This document shows positions 10,005 through 21,134 of a stretch of DNA of 35,066 nt, one piece after another. The stretch spans positions 3,217,804 to 3,252,869 of the forward strand of contig NC_057753.1 of NCBI RefSeq assembly GCF_004010195.1. The letters run 5' to 3'. Each line of letters begins with the position of its first letter. Position 1 is the stretch's first letter. The notes under the pieces were generated by a model. The model searched no databases. It had not been told where the DNA came from and was given only the letters and a program-made list of their open reading frames with translations. The stretch is from Chiloscyllium plagiosum (Eukaryota). The position numbers and the translations under genes were made by a program.

Positions 10005-11380
10005 TGTGTCCAGGTATTGAGGTGTCAGAGATAATGTGTTGACGTGCACGGAGAACTGGAAGGCAGACAGGAAGCAGAGAGTTTGGAATGAACGGCTGCT
10101 TTTCAGAGTGGCAGGTAGTGATGAGTGGGGTGCCACAGGGTTCAGTGCTGGGACCCCCAGCCGTTCACAGTAGGCATGAATGATTTGGACGCAGGATTCG
10201 AATGCCACGTATCCAAATCTCCAGATGACTCCTGGGTGGCTGAGAGGAGGCTGCCGGGTGACTTGGACAGACTGGCGGAACAGAAAGACGCTTGGCAAAT
10301 GCAAAATAATGTGGATAGGTGTGAGGTTATCCACTTTGGTGGCAAGAACAGGAAGGGAGATTATTATTCGAACACTGGCAGTTTAGGAAAAGGTGAGGTG
10401 CAATGAGACCTGGGTGTCATGGTGGAAGGTTGGCATCCAGGTTCAACAGGCAGTGAGGAACGCTAATGGCATGCAGGCCTTCGCAGTGAGAGGATTGGAG
10501 TATAAGAGTAGAGATGTCTTGCTGTAGTCATACAGGGTCTTGACTATTGTGCACCGTTTTGGTCTCCTAGATGGAGGAAGAACATTCTTGCTATTGAGGG
10601 AGTCCAGACTGATTCCCAGGATGGCAGGTCTGACCGATGAAGAAACGCTGATCAACTGGGCTTGTGCTCACTGGAACTTAGAAGAATGAGGGTGGGGGGG
10701 GGGAATCTCATAGAAACGTATAAAACCCTGATTGGACTGGACAGGCTAGATGCAGGAAGAATGTTCCCGCTGTTGGGCAAGTGCAGAATTGAATTGAATT
10801 TATTGTCACGCGTACCGAGGCACAGTGAAGAGCTTTGTCTTGCGAGCAATACAGGCAGATCACAGAGTTAATTAGCACAGATAAGTAAATAATAGGGAAA
10901 CAGGGCAAAAACACAGGGACAGGCGAATGTTAATAGTTTGTGAGTCCGTTCAGTATTCTAACAACAGTGGGGTACAAACTGTTAGGAAACCGGCTGGTGT
11001 GTGTGGTCAGGCTTCTGTACCTTCTCCCCGATGGTAGAGGCTGTAGGAAAACATTCCCAAGGTGGGGTGAATCTTTGAGAATGCTGGTGGCCTTTCCTTG
11101 ACAGCGGGCCTGGGAGATGGATTCGACAGATGGGAGGTTGGCCTTTGTGAGTGTCCGGGCCGAGTTCATCACTCTCTGTAACCGTCTCCGATCTTGAATG
11201 GTACTGTTACCATACCAGGTAGTGATGCATCCAGACAGCTGTGAGCTGCAGTCTAAGAATGAGGGCTGAGCTATTCAGGACTGAAATGTGGAAGGATGTG
11301 TTCACTCAGAGAGCTGAGAGCCTGCGGTATTCTCTACCACAGGAAGCTGCTGGAGCCCAGTTCATTGGATATATTCAAGA
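10005..11380 (+). mobile_element. degenerate CR1 RT/C-terminal fragment interrupted by a Rex1/Babar insertion
   Basis: SGVPQGSVLGP-encoding gagtggggtgccacagggttcagtgctgggacc, SKSPDD, WQMQNNVDRCEVIHFG, IETYKTLIGLDRLD. Resumes at ~11245 (FTQRAESLRYSLPQ). Confidence 0.8.
10786..11238 (-). mobile_element. Rex1/Babar-like LINE 3' end
   Basis: Minus ORF ...LQPLPSGRRYRSLTTHTSRFPNSLYPTVVRILN (LPSGRRYRS motif) and tail gtgacaataaa(ttcaa)n. Confidence 0.75.
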
Positions 11381-11382
11381 TG

Positions 11383-11466
11383 TGGAGGTACTGGTGTTTG
11401 ACTGGGATGGACAAAGTTTAAAAATAACACAACACCAGGTTATAGTCCAACAGGTTTATTTGGAAG
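11383..11466 (-). mobile_element. family B PLE terminal repeat (left arm of fold-back paired with 13158-13400)
   Basis: tggaggtactggtgtttgactgggatggac...cacaacaccaggttatagtccaacagg is the inverted copy of 13320-13395. Confidence 0.7.
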
Positions 11467-11910
11467 TCATAAAGAGGTACAGCACGGAAACAGGCCCTTC
11501 AGTCCCATTTTTCAGCGCTTGGCCCAGATCCTTCCTGCTCACATATCCCTCCAGATGCCTTTTAAATGCTGCAATTGTACCAGCCTCCACCACTTCCTCT
11601 GGCAGCTAATTCCATGCACAGACCACTGACTGTGTGGAAAAGCTGCCCCTTAGGTCCCTTTTATATCTTTCCCCTCTCACCCTGAATCTATGCCCTGTCA
11701 TTCTGGACTCCCCCATCCCAGGGAAAAGGGGTTGGTGATGAATCACCACGGCAGATTCACCGCCGATTAGCCAATGCTGGTTCTCCACCAGCGTTTCTCC
11801 ACTGGGGTCGTTTGACCTCTGGAGACTATTCGCCACCGGAAAGATACATATGTACTGATTGTTTTCCCTCCTGCCTGTTCTTTCATACTTCTCGGACCCC
11901 TTTATTTATA

Positions 11911-12095
11911 GGAGAAAGTGAGGTCTGCAGATGCTGGAGATCAGAACTGAAAATGTGTTGCTGGAAAAGCGCAGCAGGTCAGGCAGCATCCAAGGAACAG
12001 GAGAATTCCTGAAGAAGGGCTTATGCCCGAAACGTCGATTCCCCTGTTCCTTGGATGCTGCCTGACCTGCTGCGCTTTTCCAGCAACACATTTTC
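11911..12095. mobile_element. young PLE-derived fold-back (family A) with 15-bp TSD
   Basis: TSD ACCCCTTTATTTATA (11896-11910 and 12096-12110). Inverted arms of ~59 bp with one mismatch; the loop is a hammerhead. Confidence 0.88.
12007..12038 (+). ncRNA. intact minimal type I hammerhead ribozyme motif (family A)
   Basis: tc-CTGAAGA-A-GGGC-ttat-GCCC-GAAACGTC-ga. All core nucleotides present, GUC triplet, ACGU palindrome. Confidence 0.85.
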
Positions 12096-12299
12096 ACCCC
12101 TTTATTTATACAACTACATACTACATATTGATAAAAAAAGGTTAAATAAATATCATTTTATTGGTTTATATATAAAAATGAGTTACAAACTTTAACCAGA
12201 AAAAGGAAATATATTTTTAAAAATCTTTATAATGGCAGTAAAATCTCACATTAATATTAAACAATGAAATTTAAGTTCATTTGATAGGAATGCGCTATT

Positions 12300-12559
12300 C
12301 CTCTTTTTGCTAAAATAAAATATACCTGAGAGAATAAAATAGGGGCTATGTTGAACATACCATCCACAAACCACGTCAATTCTGCTAGATGGTGTATTCA
12401 AGATTCCCTACCAAATATGATTATACCATTACATTGGCCCCTTTGCTCACATCGCCAAAACTTAATACTTGAATCACTCTTGGATAGTTTATCAAAAATA
12501 TATATAAAACCATTGTGGTAAAACATTTTATTTCCACGTTTACTAATAATTTCTGTTTC
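12300..12559 (-). pseudogene. internally deleted FLYWCH-MULE transposase remnant
   Basis: Hand translation in a single frame: ETEIISKRGNKMFYHNGFIYIFDKLSKSDSSIKFWRCEQRGQCNG (FLYWCH N-terminal part) joined to IIIFGRES*IHHLAELTWFVDGMFNIAPILFSQVYFILAKRG (MULE WxxDGTF...PxxFxQxY motif). Stop at 12398-12400. Confidence 0.88.
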
Positions 12560-13157
12560 AATACTAAAAATTCCTGTTCCAAAAATACAAGCTTTTAAAA
12601 AAAACTCTCCCCTAACGAAAATAAGTTGCTACTGAAACAACGCAAACATTACCTTAACCAATATAACGCCAATTTTATATACCACCGATATTCAAAATAT
12701 ACGACTTACTTGCGGTGGCGAATCGTCTTCAGTGGCTAATGGGCGGTGACTAATCATTGGCCGCAAATCTGCTGTGGCGAATGGTCACATCCCAGGGAAA
12801 AGACCTTGTCTATTTACCCTATCCATGCCCCTCATGATTTTATAAACCTCTCTAAGGTTGCCCCTCAGCCTTCAATGCTCCAGGGAAAACAGCCCCAGCC
12901 TGTTCAGCCTCTCCCCATAGCTCAAATCCTCCAACCCTGGCAACATCCTTGTAAATCTTTTCTGAACCCTTTCAAGTTTCACAACATCTTTCCGATAGGA
13001 AGGAGACCAGAATTGCACGCAATAGTCCAACAGTGGCCTAACCAATGTCCTGTACGGCCACAACATGACCTCCCAACTCCTGTACTCACTTACTCTGACT
13101 GATAAAGAAAAGCATACCAAACGCCTTCTTCACTATCCTATCTACCAGTGACTCCAA

Positions 13158-13400
13158 ACTGCATATTGAAAACGACCAGGATTGTTATATATAACTTATA
13201 CAACATATCATTTCAGTTGCATCACACTGTAAACTCTGCTATAAATTCCGTGTCTTACAATTGTGTGCTCCACAACCACCTGATGAAGGAGCAGCGCTCC
13301 GAAAGCTAGTGCTTCAAAATGAACCTGTTGGATTCCAACCTGGAGTTGTGTGATTTTTATGTTCGTCCACCCCAGTCAAATACTGGCTCCTCCAAAACAT
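13158..13400 (+). mobile_element. family B PLE terminal repeat with hammerhead
   Basis: Homologous to 23330-23483 and contains the hammerhead at 13277. Confidence 0.75.
13277..13311 (+). ncRNA. intact minimal type I hammerhead ribozyme motif (family B)
   Basis: cac-CTGATGA-A-GGAGC-agc-GCTCC-GAAAGCTA-gtg. Stem I is cac/gtg, AGCU palindrome, CUA triplet. Confidence 0.85.
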
Positions 13401-13762
13401 GAGTTATAAGCTTCAAGCAATATACAAACATGAGTGTACCAGATACTCCAGCCCTTTAATTTCTCCCTGTCCAACTAGTGGACGTTCTTAAGTATCCCAA
13501 TGCAATTTTCTATGTAACTACTATTCATCTTCCTGATCTTCTGACAATTTCCTGTGGGTTGAGTTCTCTCCTGATCATTTAAAGTCAGTTTCTCTCTGGA
13601 CTATGAGTCATGACCTTGCTGGTCTCACAGTGCTGTCTCATTAGCCACTTCACGTCTGGCTGTTTCATAAGGAGCTGTACGCATTTGCGACCCGCTTTTC
13701 AGAGTGGGTTCGCCGTTAATTTACAAGTGATTACTTTCGTTTGTAACACATCATATCCTTCT

Positions 13763-14277
13763 CGCGGAGCGCTTTAGGGAACATCTCCGAGACACCCGCA
13801 CCAATCAACCCCACCGCCCCGTGGCCCAACAATTCAACTCCCCCTCCCACTCTGCCGAGGACATGCAGGTCCTGGGCCTCCTCCACCGCCGCTCCCTCAC
13901 CACCAGACATCTGGGGAAGAACGCCTCATCTTCCGCCTCGGAACACTTCAACCCCAGGGCATCAATGTGGACTTCACCAGTTTCCTCATTTCCCCTCCCC
14001 CCACCTTACCCAAGCTTCAGCCTTCCAGCACAGCACCACCATCATGACCAATTTTCCTTCATACCTATCTACTCCACTCTCTTCTCTGACCTATTACCTT
14101 CACCCCCACCCCCATCTTGGCTACCTTCTCCCCAGCCCCACCCCTTCCCATTTATCTCTCCACCCCGGAGGCTGTCTGCTTTCATTCCTGATGAAGGGCT
14201 TTTGCTTGAAACGTTGATTTTCCTGCTCCTCGGATGCTGCCTGACCTGCTGTGCTTTTCCAGCACCACTCTAATCGA
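13763..14277 (+). mobile_element. Penelope-like (Neptune-type) 3' fragment: GIY-YIG C-terminus and terminal repeat with hammerhead (core at 14188)
   Basis: ERFREHLRD...RPVAQQFNSPSHSAEDMQVLGLLH, the same family as 25480-27330, followed by ctgatgaagggcttttgcttgaaacgttga. Confidence 0.88.
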
Positions 14278-14519
14278 GACACATCATATCTGAACATACA
14301 CTGATGGCCCAATATCACAGTATACTTGCAGGTACATTGAGCAAAAGATCAACAAGGTGTCTGTCTTAACATCTCTCTGTGTGATGCTGATATTTCAGGG
14401 ACTGTCAAGGCTGTGAAATGTGGTTTCCTGAAACAAAAGTTTGAGGCAAACAATGCGAGTATTTCCATGGAAAGTTGTCAATTTATTCACCTTTCCTGAA
14501 CATACTTGAATGTTCTCGA

Positions 14520-14985
14520 AACAACAAATGCTGGAGATCACAGTGAGGTTAGACAGCATCCATGGAGAGAGAGCAAGCTGACGTTTCCAGTCTGGACAAT
14601 GCTTCATCAGAGATGAAGTGTGGAGGGGGGCAACATTGATGGTATAGTTTGGGGATGTGTGGGGGTAGTGGGTTTAGGGTGCTGGTGGAGGAACGATGTT
14701 GATAATTCAGGTTAAGTGATCGGAACGTGAGAATGTGAACTTGTTTTCTCCAGCAGCACTCGACACGCGCCCCCTCCCCCAAAACTATAGCATTAATTCT
14801 GCCTACCCCACATTTCACTTTAGCTCTGATGAAGTGCCATTTAGACTCGCCAACTTGCTCTCTGTCTCTGTCTCTCTCTCTCTCTCTCTCACACACACTT
14901 CTCTCTCCCCCCACAGATGCTGTCTGACCCACTAATATCGCCAGCATTGTTGTTTCCAGGGCTGATTCCAGCGTCTGCAGTAATT
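14520..14985. mobile_element. PLE-derived fold-back (family D) with two degenerate hammerheads and a (TC)n(AC)n tract
   Basis: Inverted arms acaaatgctgg...agacagcatc and gatgctgtct...ccagcattgttgt. Minus-strand ctgatgaagcattgtccagactggaaacgtcagct (14580-14610) and plus-strand agctctgatgaagtgccatttagactcg (core 14826). Confidence 0.7.
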
Positions 14986-15150
14986 TGTTCCTACACCAGA
15001 TTGTAGGTACATACTTGATTGATAGGTTCTCCTCAACTAGACCGAAAAAGAGTTATTCCAGTTCATTTACTATCCTATGCAATATGTTGATAACGTCTCT
15101 AAAATTCCAGGATATGACTTGGCAGGGCCATGGAGCTAAAACAAAGACTT

Positions 15151-15441
15151 GATTAGATTACCGACAGTGTGGAAACAGGCCCATCGGCCCAACCAGTCCA
15201 CACCGACCCTCCGGTCAGCAACCCCCCCCCCCGACTAATGCACCTAACATTACAGGTAATTTAGCATGGCCAATTTTTCAGCCTGCACATCTTTGGACTG
15301 TGGGAGGAAACTGGAGCACCCAGAGGAAACCCATGCAGACACTGGGAGAATGTGCAAACTCCACATGGAGTGTCGCCCAAGGCTGGGATCGAACCTGGGT
15401 CCCTGGCACTGTGAGGCAGCAGTGCTAGCCACTGTGCCACT
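15151..15441 (-). mobile_element. HE1-type SINE
   Basis: Head, V domain and tail on the minus strand. Confidence 0.9.
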
Positions 15442-15779
15442 TATTCTTGACCAAGCGAGCATAACCTCAAAGGGCTGAATAGCCTCCCTCCCTGCTCTGC
15501 CATAATGACTCGATGTTCAAAAGAGAATAGGATCAGTTACTCCAATCCCTTCGACCAACTGAAGTCCCGAATCCCTGATACCATGACATCTGATTCCACC
15601 TCCTCCCTCTCAAACTGTGGAGTCAATTCTATCATATTATGGACAACTCGGGATAAGGTAATTGGAGGGTTTGAAGAAAGAAGGAAGCAAAATGACAGGG
15701 CAAGAAGTAGTTTACACACAGAACTGTGGAAGAAGAGCAGTCATCAATTTTGCTACATTCAGAAGGGCATGAAGCAAAC

Positions 15780-16255
15780 GTAGTATCTGGATGTAGGATT
15801 GCTTGCTGAGCTGGAAGGCTCATTTTGCGATGTTTCATCATCACATCATCAGTGAGCTTCTGGATGAAGCACTGGTGGTATAGGCTGCTTTCTGTTTTGG
15901 TTTCCTTGGGTTGGCGACGGCATTTCCTCTGGTGACATCATTTCCAGTGGTGATGTCATTTGATGCTCTTTTTCTCAGGGGGTGGTGACTGGGATGCAAG
16001 TCAATGTGTTTGTTGATAGAGCTCCTGGGAATTCTTGTGCGTGTCTCTGTTTGGCTTGTCCTAGGATGGATGTGTTGTCCCAGTCGAAGTGGTGTCCTTC
16101 CTCATCTGTATGTGAGGATATTAGTGAGACAGGGTCATGTTGTTTTGTGGCTAGTTGATGTTCATGTATCCTGGTGGATAGCTTTCTGCCTGTTTGTCCA
16201 ATGTAGTGTTTGTTACAGTTCCTTGCACGGTATTTTATAAACTCAGTCGTATCAC
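15780..16255 (-). mobile_element. Penelope-like (Poseidon-type) 3' fragment with GIY-YIG endonuclease
   Basis: Minus ORF NCNKHYIGQTGRKLSTRIHEHQ...HTDEEGHHFDWDNTSIL. Collapsed hammerhead remnant ctgatga-t...gaaacatc at 15829-15852. Confidence 0.85.
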
Positions 16256-16319
16256 CTGGCATGAGAGCTCCAGGGTGCAGGTCATAGATGGTAAGAAGCT
16301 CACGAAAGCAGAAGTTTGA

Positions 16320-18230
16320 GAAAGTTAGTGGAATGTCTAAGAGGTGGATTTTTGGAGCAGCTTGTGTTGGAGCCCACTAGGGAACAGGTAAGATTGTATT
16401 AGGGAGCTTGATCAGGGAGCTTAAGGTGAAGGAAGTCTAAAGTGTGGTGCTGGAACAGCACGACCAGTCAGGGAGTATCCGAAGAGCATGAGAATCAAAG
16501 TTTCGGGCATAAGCCCTTCATCAGGACGTGGCTGAAGAGCTTCAGGGCAGAGGAGATGACCTGGGGGGGGGAGGGAGTGCAGTGAGAGGGGGACTCATTG
16601 AACTCCATGTAGAGAGAAGAGAAGAACTTCTTCAACGTAGGCATCCTTGGAAGAGGCTTCACAGTGAGGTTATAATCAACCCGGAGAAAGTGCAGGCTGC
16701 AGATGCTGGAGATAGAGTCGACAGTCAGAGATCAGAGTCGCTTATGCCCGAAATGTCGACTCTCCTGCTCCTCGGATGCCGCCTGACCTGCTGTGCTTTT
16801 CCAGCACCATACTCTTGACCCTGATCTCATTTCTTCCTCCTTCAAATGAAGGAACCCTTCGGGGGCAGTGACCATCATATGATTGAATTTACTCTGCAAG
16901 TTGAGAGGGTGAAGGTGGAGTCAGATGTAGCAGTGTTACACTTGAATAAAGGCAACTGCAGCGGCATGAGAGGAGAGCTGATCTGAATTGACTGGGAGAG
17001 GAACCCAGCAGGAAAGATAATGGAACAGCAATGGCAGAACTTTCTGGGAGTGATTCGAGAGACACGGCAGAGATTCATCCCGAAGAAAAAGAAGCGTGGT
17101 ACAGGGAGGATGAGGGAACCCTGGCTGACCAGGGAAATCAGGGATAGCATAACAGCAAAAGAGAAAGCATATAATGTGGCCAAGGGCAGTGGGAAACCAG
17201 ACGATTGGGAAGCTTACAAAGACCAACAGAGGGCAATAAGATTGAAATAAGGAAGGAGAAGTTTGAATATGAGGGTGAGCTAGCTGGTAATATTAAGAAA
17301 GACTGCAAGAGTTTCTTTAAATATATAAAGGGCAAAGAAAGGTCAAAGTGGGCATTGGGCGCTGGAAAATGAGACTGGAGAAGTAGAAATGGGGAACAAT
17401 GAAATGGCTGAGGAGCTGAATAAGTACATTGCCTCAGTCTTCGCTGTGGAAGACACAAGTGATATCTCGAAAAATTCAAGAGAGTCGGGGACAGAAATGA
17501 GAATGGTGCCCATCCCTGAGGAGAAGGGGCTGGGAAAAACGGGAAGGTCTGAAGGTGGATAAACTGCCTGGACCAGATGGACTATAACCTAGAGTTCTGA
17601 AAGAGATAGTGGAGGTTTTAGTCGTGATCTTTTCAGTATCACAGGAATCAAGGACGGCCCCAGAGGACTGGTCAGACCACATTCAGAGTATTGTGAGCAA
17701 GTTTGGGCCCCATACCTCAGAAAGGATGTATTGGCCCTGGAGCGGGGTCCAGAGGCTGTTCACAAGAATAATGCCAGGAATGAAAGGCTTAACATATGAG
17801 GAACATTTGAGGACTCTGGGACTATACTTGATGGGATTTAGAAGTTTTGAAGGGGATCTAATTGAAACATACAGAATACTGCATGGTCTGGACACAGTGG
17901 ATGTTGGGAAAATGTTCCTATAGGTAGGAGAGACTAGGACCTCAGGGCACAGAGTGAAGGGAAGATATTTTAGAACAGAGAGAAGGAAAGACTTCTTTAG
18001 CCAGAGAGTGAGGAATCTGTGGGATTCACTGCCACACAAGGTTGTGGAACCCAGGTCATTGAGTATATTTAAAACAGAGACAGATGAGTTCTTGATTGTC
18101 AAGGGGATCAAAGATACGGGGAGAAAGCAGGATAATGAGATTGAAAAGTCTGTCAGCCATGATTGAATGGTGGAGGCAGACTCGATGGGCTGAATGGCCT
18201 AATTTCTTCTCCTAGGTCTTATGGTCTTTA
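16320..18230 (+). mobile_element. internally deleted CR1 (endonuclease end to 3' tail), interrupted at 16435-16846
   Basis: ggcagtgaccat (GSDH), EPWLTREIRD, PGPDG motif, FFSQRVRNLWDSLP, tail tcttatggtctt. Confidence 0.88.
16435..16846. mobile_element. compound family A PLE insertion (permuted minus-strand unit plus inverted arm)
   Basis: Flanked by TGAAGGAA (16427-16434 and 16847-16854). Minus-strand hammerhead at 16497-16524, partial plus-strand hammerhead at 16741. Confidence 0.8.
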
Positions 18231-18647
18231 TGTTGTGGTCTGTAAATGGGTGTTTTCTTTTCTGGTTGGTGATCAGTGGCTAGTGGTGTGCCTCAGGAAG
18301 CAGTGTTGGGACTGCAGTTGTTTATATTGATGATTTAGAGTTGGAGGCCAAGTGTTGTGTGTTGAAGTTCACAGATGACACTAAAATGAGTGGGAGAGCA
18401 AAGTGCGGAGAGAACACTGGAAGTCTGCAGTGGGATATAGATAGGTTAAGTGAGTGGGCAAGGGTCTGGCAGAAGGAGTTCAATATTGGTAAATGTGAGG
18501 CAGGAATAACAACAAAATGGGCTATTATTTAAATGGTGAATAGTTGCAGCAGGCTGCGGTGCAGAGGGAGCTGGCCATCCTTGTGCATGAATCACAGGAA
18601 GTTGGTCTGCAGGAGCAGCAGGTAATTAAGAAGGCAAGTGGAGTACT

Positions 18648-19340
18648 ATAGAACATTCCAGCGCAATACAGGCCCTTCAGCCCTCGATGTTGTGCCGACC
18701 TGTCATACCAATCTGAAGCCCATCTAACCTACACTATTCCATGTACGTCCATATGCTTGTCCAATGACGACTTAAATGTACTTAAAGTTGGCAAATCTAC
18801 TACCATTGCAGGCAAAGCATTCTATACCCATACTACTCTCTGAGTAAAGAAACTACCTCTGACATCTGTCCTATATCTATCACCCCTCAATATAAAGTTA
18901 TGCCCCCTTGTGCTCGCCGTCACCATACTTGGAAAAAGGCTCTTTCTATCCACTCTATCTAACCCTCTGAATATCTTATATGTCTCTATTAAGTCACCTT
19001 TCAAACTTCTTCTCTCTAACGAAAACAGCCTCAAGCCCCTCAGCCTTTCCTTGTAAGACCCTTCCTCCATACCAGGCAACATCCTAGTAAATCCCTCTGC
19101 ACTCCTTCCACATCCTTCTAATAATGTGGTGACCAGAACTGTACACAATACTCCAAGTGTGGCCGCACCAGAGCTTTGTACAGCTGTAGCATAACCTCAT
19201 GGTTCCGGAACTCAATCCCTCTATTAATAAAAGCTAAAACACTGTATGCCTTCTTAACAACCCTGTCAACCTGGGTGGCAACTTTCAAGGATCTGTGTAC
19301 TTGGACACCGAGATCTCTCTGCTCATCTGCACTCCCAAGA
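18648..19340 (-). mobile_element. young CR1 3' fragment
   Basis: Minus ORFs RDLGVQVHRSLK...[17 protein letters not shown] and RGSFFTQRVV, with tail gttcta. Confidence 0.92.
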
Positions 19341-19433
19341 ATGTGCATCATTGCTGGAGAGATAGAGTTTAAGAAGGGGGAGGTCATGCTGCAAATGTAT
19401 AGGGTGCTGGTGAGGCCATACCTGGAGTACTGT

Positions 19434-19681
19434 GAGAAAGTGAGGACTGCGGATGCTGGAGATCAGAGTCAAGAGAGTGTGGCACTGGAAATGCAAAGCG
19501 GGTCAGGCAGTATCGAGGCGCAGGAGTATTGACGTTTCAGGCAGAAGCCCTGAATCCTGATGAAGCGCTTACACCCGAAACATCGTCTCTCCTGCTCCTC
19601 AGATGCAGACTGACCTGCTGTGCTTTTCCAGCACCACACTCTCTCGACTCTGATCTCCAGCATCTGCAGTTCTCACTTTCT
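19434..19681. mobile_element. family A PLE fold-back with degenerate hammerhead (core at 19557)
   Basis: Inverted arms of ~120 bp: agaaagtgag.actgc.gatgctggagatcagagtc and gactctgatctccagcatctgcagttctcactttct. Confidence 0.85.
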
Positions 19682-20124
19682 ATAAGGCTCTGGGCAGACT
19701 GCATTTGGAATATTACGAGCAGTTCTGAGCCCCATGTCAGGAAGGATGTGATGGCGTTGGAGGGGATCCAGAAGAGATTTATAAGTATGATCCTGGGAAT
19801 GAAGGGATTGTCGTATGAGGAGCAGGTAAGGACCGTGGGTTTATACTCAATGGAGTTTAGAACGATGAGGGAGGCATCTCATTGAAGCCCACAGAGTGCT
19901 GAGAGGCCTGGATAAAGTGGAGGTGGAGAAAATGTTTCTGCTCGTAGGAGAGACTCAGACCCAAGAGCCCAACCTCAGAGGGTCGGCATGACCCTTTAGA
20001 ACTGAGATGAGGAGGAATATCTTCAGCAAACAAGTGGTGAATCTGTGAAACCCATTTCCACAGTAGTCTGTGGAGGTTAAGCCATTGAGTGTCTATAAGA
20101 CAGAAATAGATGCATCAGGTAACA

Positions 20125-21125
20125 GATGTCCCAACCTAATCTAGTTACACCTGCCAGCACCCGGCCCATATCCCTCTCAACTCTTCCTATTTATAAACCC
20201 ATCTAGATGCCTTACAAATGTTGCAATTGTACCAGCCTCCACCACATCATCTGGGAGCTCATTCCATACAGTTTACAGAATTGTGATCACTATTCCCAAA
20301 GTAATCTCCTACTGAAACTTAAACCACCTGGCCAGGCTCATTCCCCAACACCAGGTCCAGTATGGCCCCTTCCCAAATTGGATGATTTACGCACTGCTCT
20401 CGAAAACCCTCCTGGATGCTCCTTACAAATTCTGCTCCATCCGGACCTCTAACACTAAGTGAATCCCTATCAATGTTGGCAAACTTAAAATCTCCAACCA
20501 CCACCACCCTGTTGCTCCTACATCCTTCCATAATCTGTTTACATATTTGTATGGAGGGAGCAAGTGAGTATTGCAAAAGTGTGGTGCTGGAAAAGTTGGG
20601 CAGCATCTGAGGAGTAGGAGGGTCGATGTCTCGAGCGTAAATTATTCATCAGGAAAGGTCTACCTTGATCTCACATTTCGCTGGTGTTGGCCTGTAGTAT
20701 TGCCCCAATATTGTTACTGCACCCTTCCTATTTCTGAGCTCCACCCATATAGCCTCACTGCTCGAGTCGTCCATCATGCCCTCCGGCAGCACAGCTGTGA
20801 TATCCTCTCTGACCAGTAATGCAACTCCTCCACCTCTTTTACCTCCCTCTCTATCCTGCCTAAAACATCTATACCCTGGGATGTTTAGTTGCTAATCTTG
20901 CCCTTCCCTCAAACAAGTCTGAGCCATAGCAATAACGTCATACTCCCAAGTACTAATCCAAGCCCTATGTTCACTTGCCTTACCTACTACACTTCTCGCA
21001 TTAAAACAAATTCATCTCAGACAACCAGCCCCTTTGTGTTCATCATCTGCTATTCTTCCCGTTAGTCACACTGACCTCATTATCTAGTTCCTTACAGGCT
21101 TTAGTTACTACCTCTTTACTATCCA
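20125..21125 (-). mobile_element. CR1 fragments (tail piece plus endonuclease region) with a family A PLE scrap at ~20575-20655
   Basis: RVVVVGDFKFANID...GAILDLVLGNEPG on the minus strand. The PLE scrap gtggtgctggaaaag...ttcatcagga carries a degenerate minus-strand hammerhead. Confidence 0.8.
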
Positions 21126-21134
21126 CAAAACAAT

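Larger units (their letters stand above)
11729..12793 (-). mobile_element. non-autonomous Mutator-like (MULE) DNA transposon with FLYWCH and transposase remnants
   Basis: 9-bp TSD AGGGAAAAG (11720-11728 and 12794-12802). Imperfect TIRs GGGTTGGTGATGAATCACCACGGCAGATT versus rc GGGATGTGACCATTCGCCACAGCAGATT, with subterminal ATTCGCCAC repeats and a transposase remnant inside. Confidence 0.88.
11467..13157 (-). mobile_element. CR1 3' fragment split by a MULE insertion
   Basis: CR1 tail at 11467-11728. Resumes at 12794 with LVRPLLDYCVQFWSP...LERVQKRFTRML. Confidence 0.88.
18240..20112 (+). mobile_element. degenerate CR1 RT fragment(s) hosting nested insertions
   Basis: LKFTDDTK, WARVWQKEFNIGKCE, RVLVRPYLEYC, LEGIQKRFISMI. 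Confidence 0.8.

Noticed and set aside
11714..12802. 15-bp TSD (CATCCCAGGGAAAAG) implying a retro-insertion instead of a MULE
   Set aside because: The right-hand CATCCC fits the TIR, and the transposase remnant plus a 9-bp TSD fit Mutator. Exact ends remain uncertain by a few bases.
19434..19681. Fold-backs as DNA-transposon MITEs
   Set aside because: The arms are the 3' terminal repeat of the RT/GIY-YIG Penelope elements at 13763 and 25480, not transposase TIRs.
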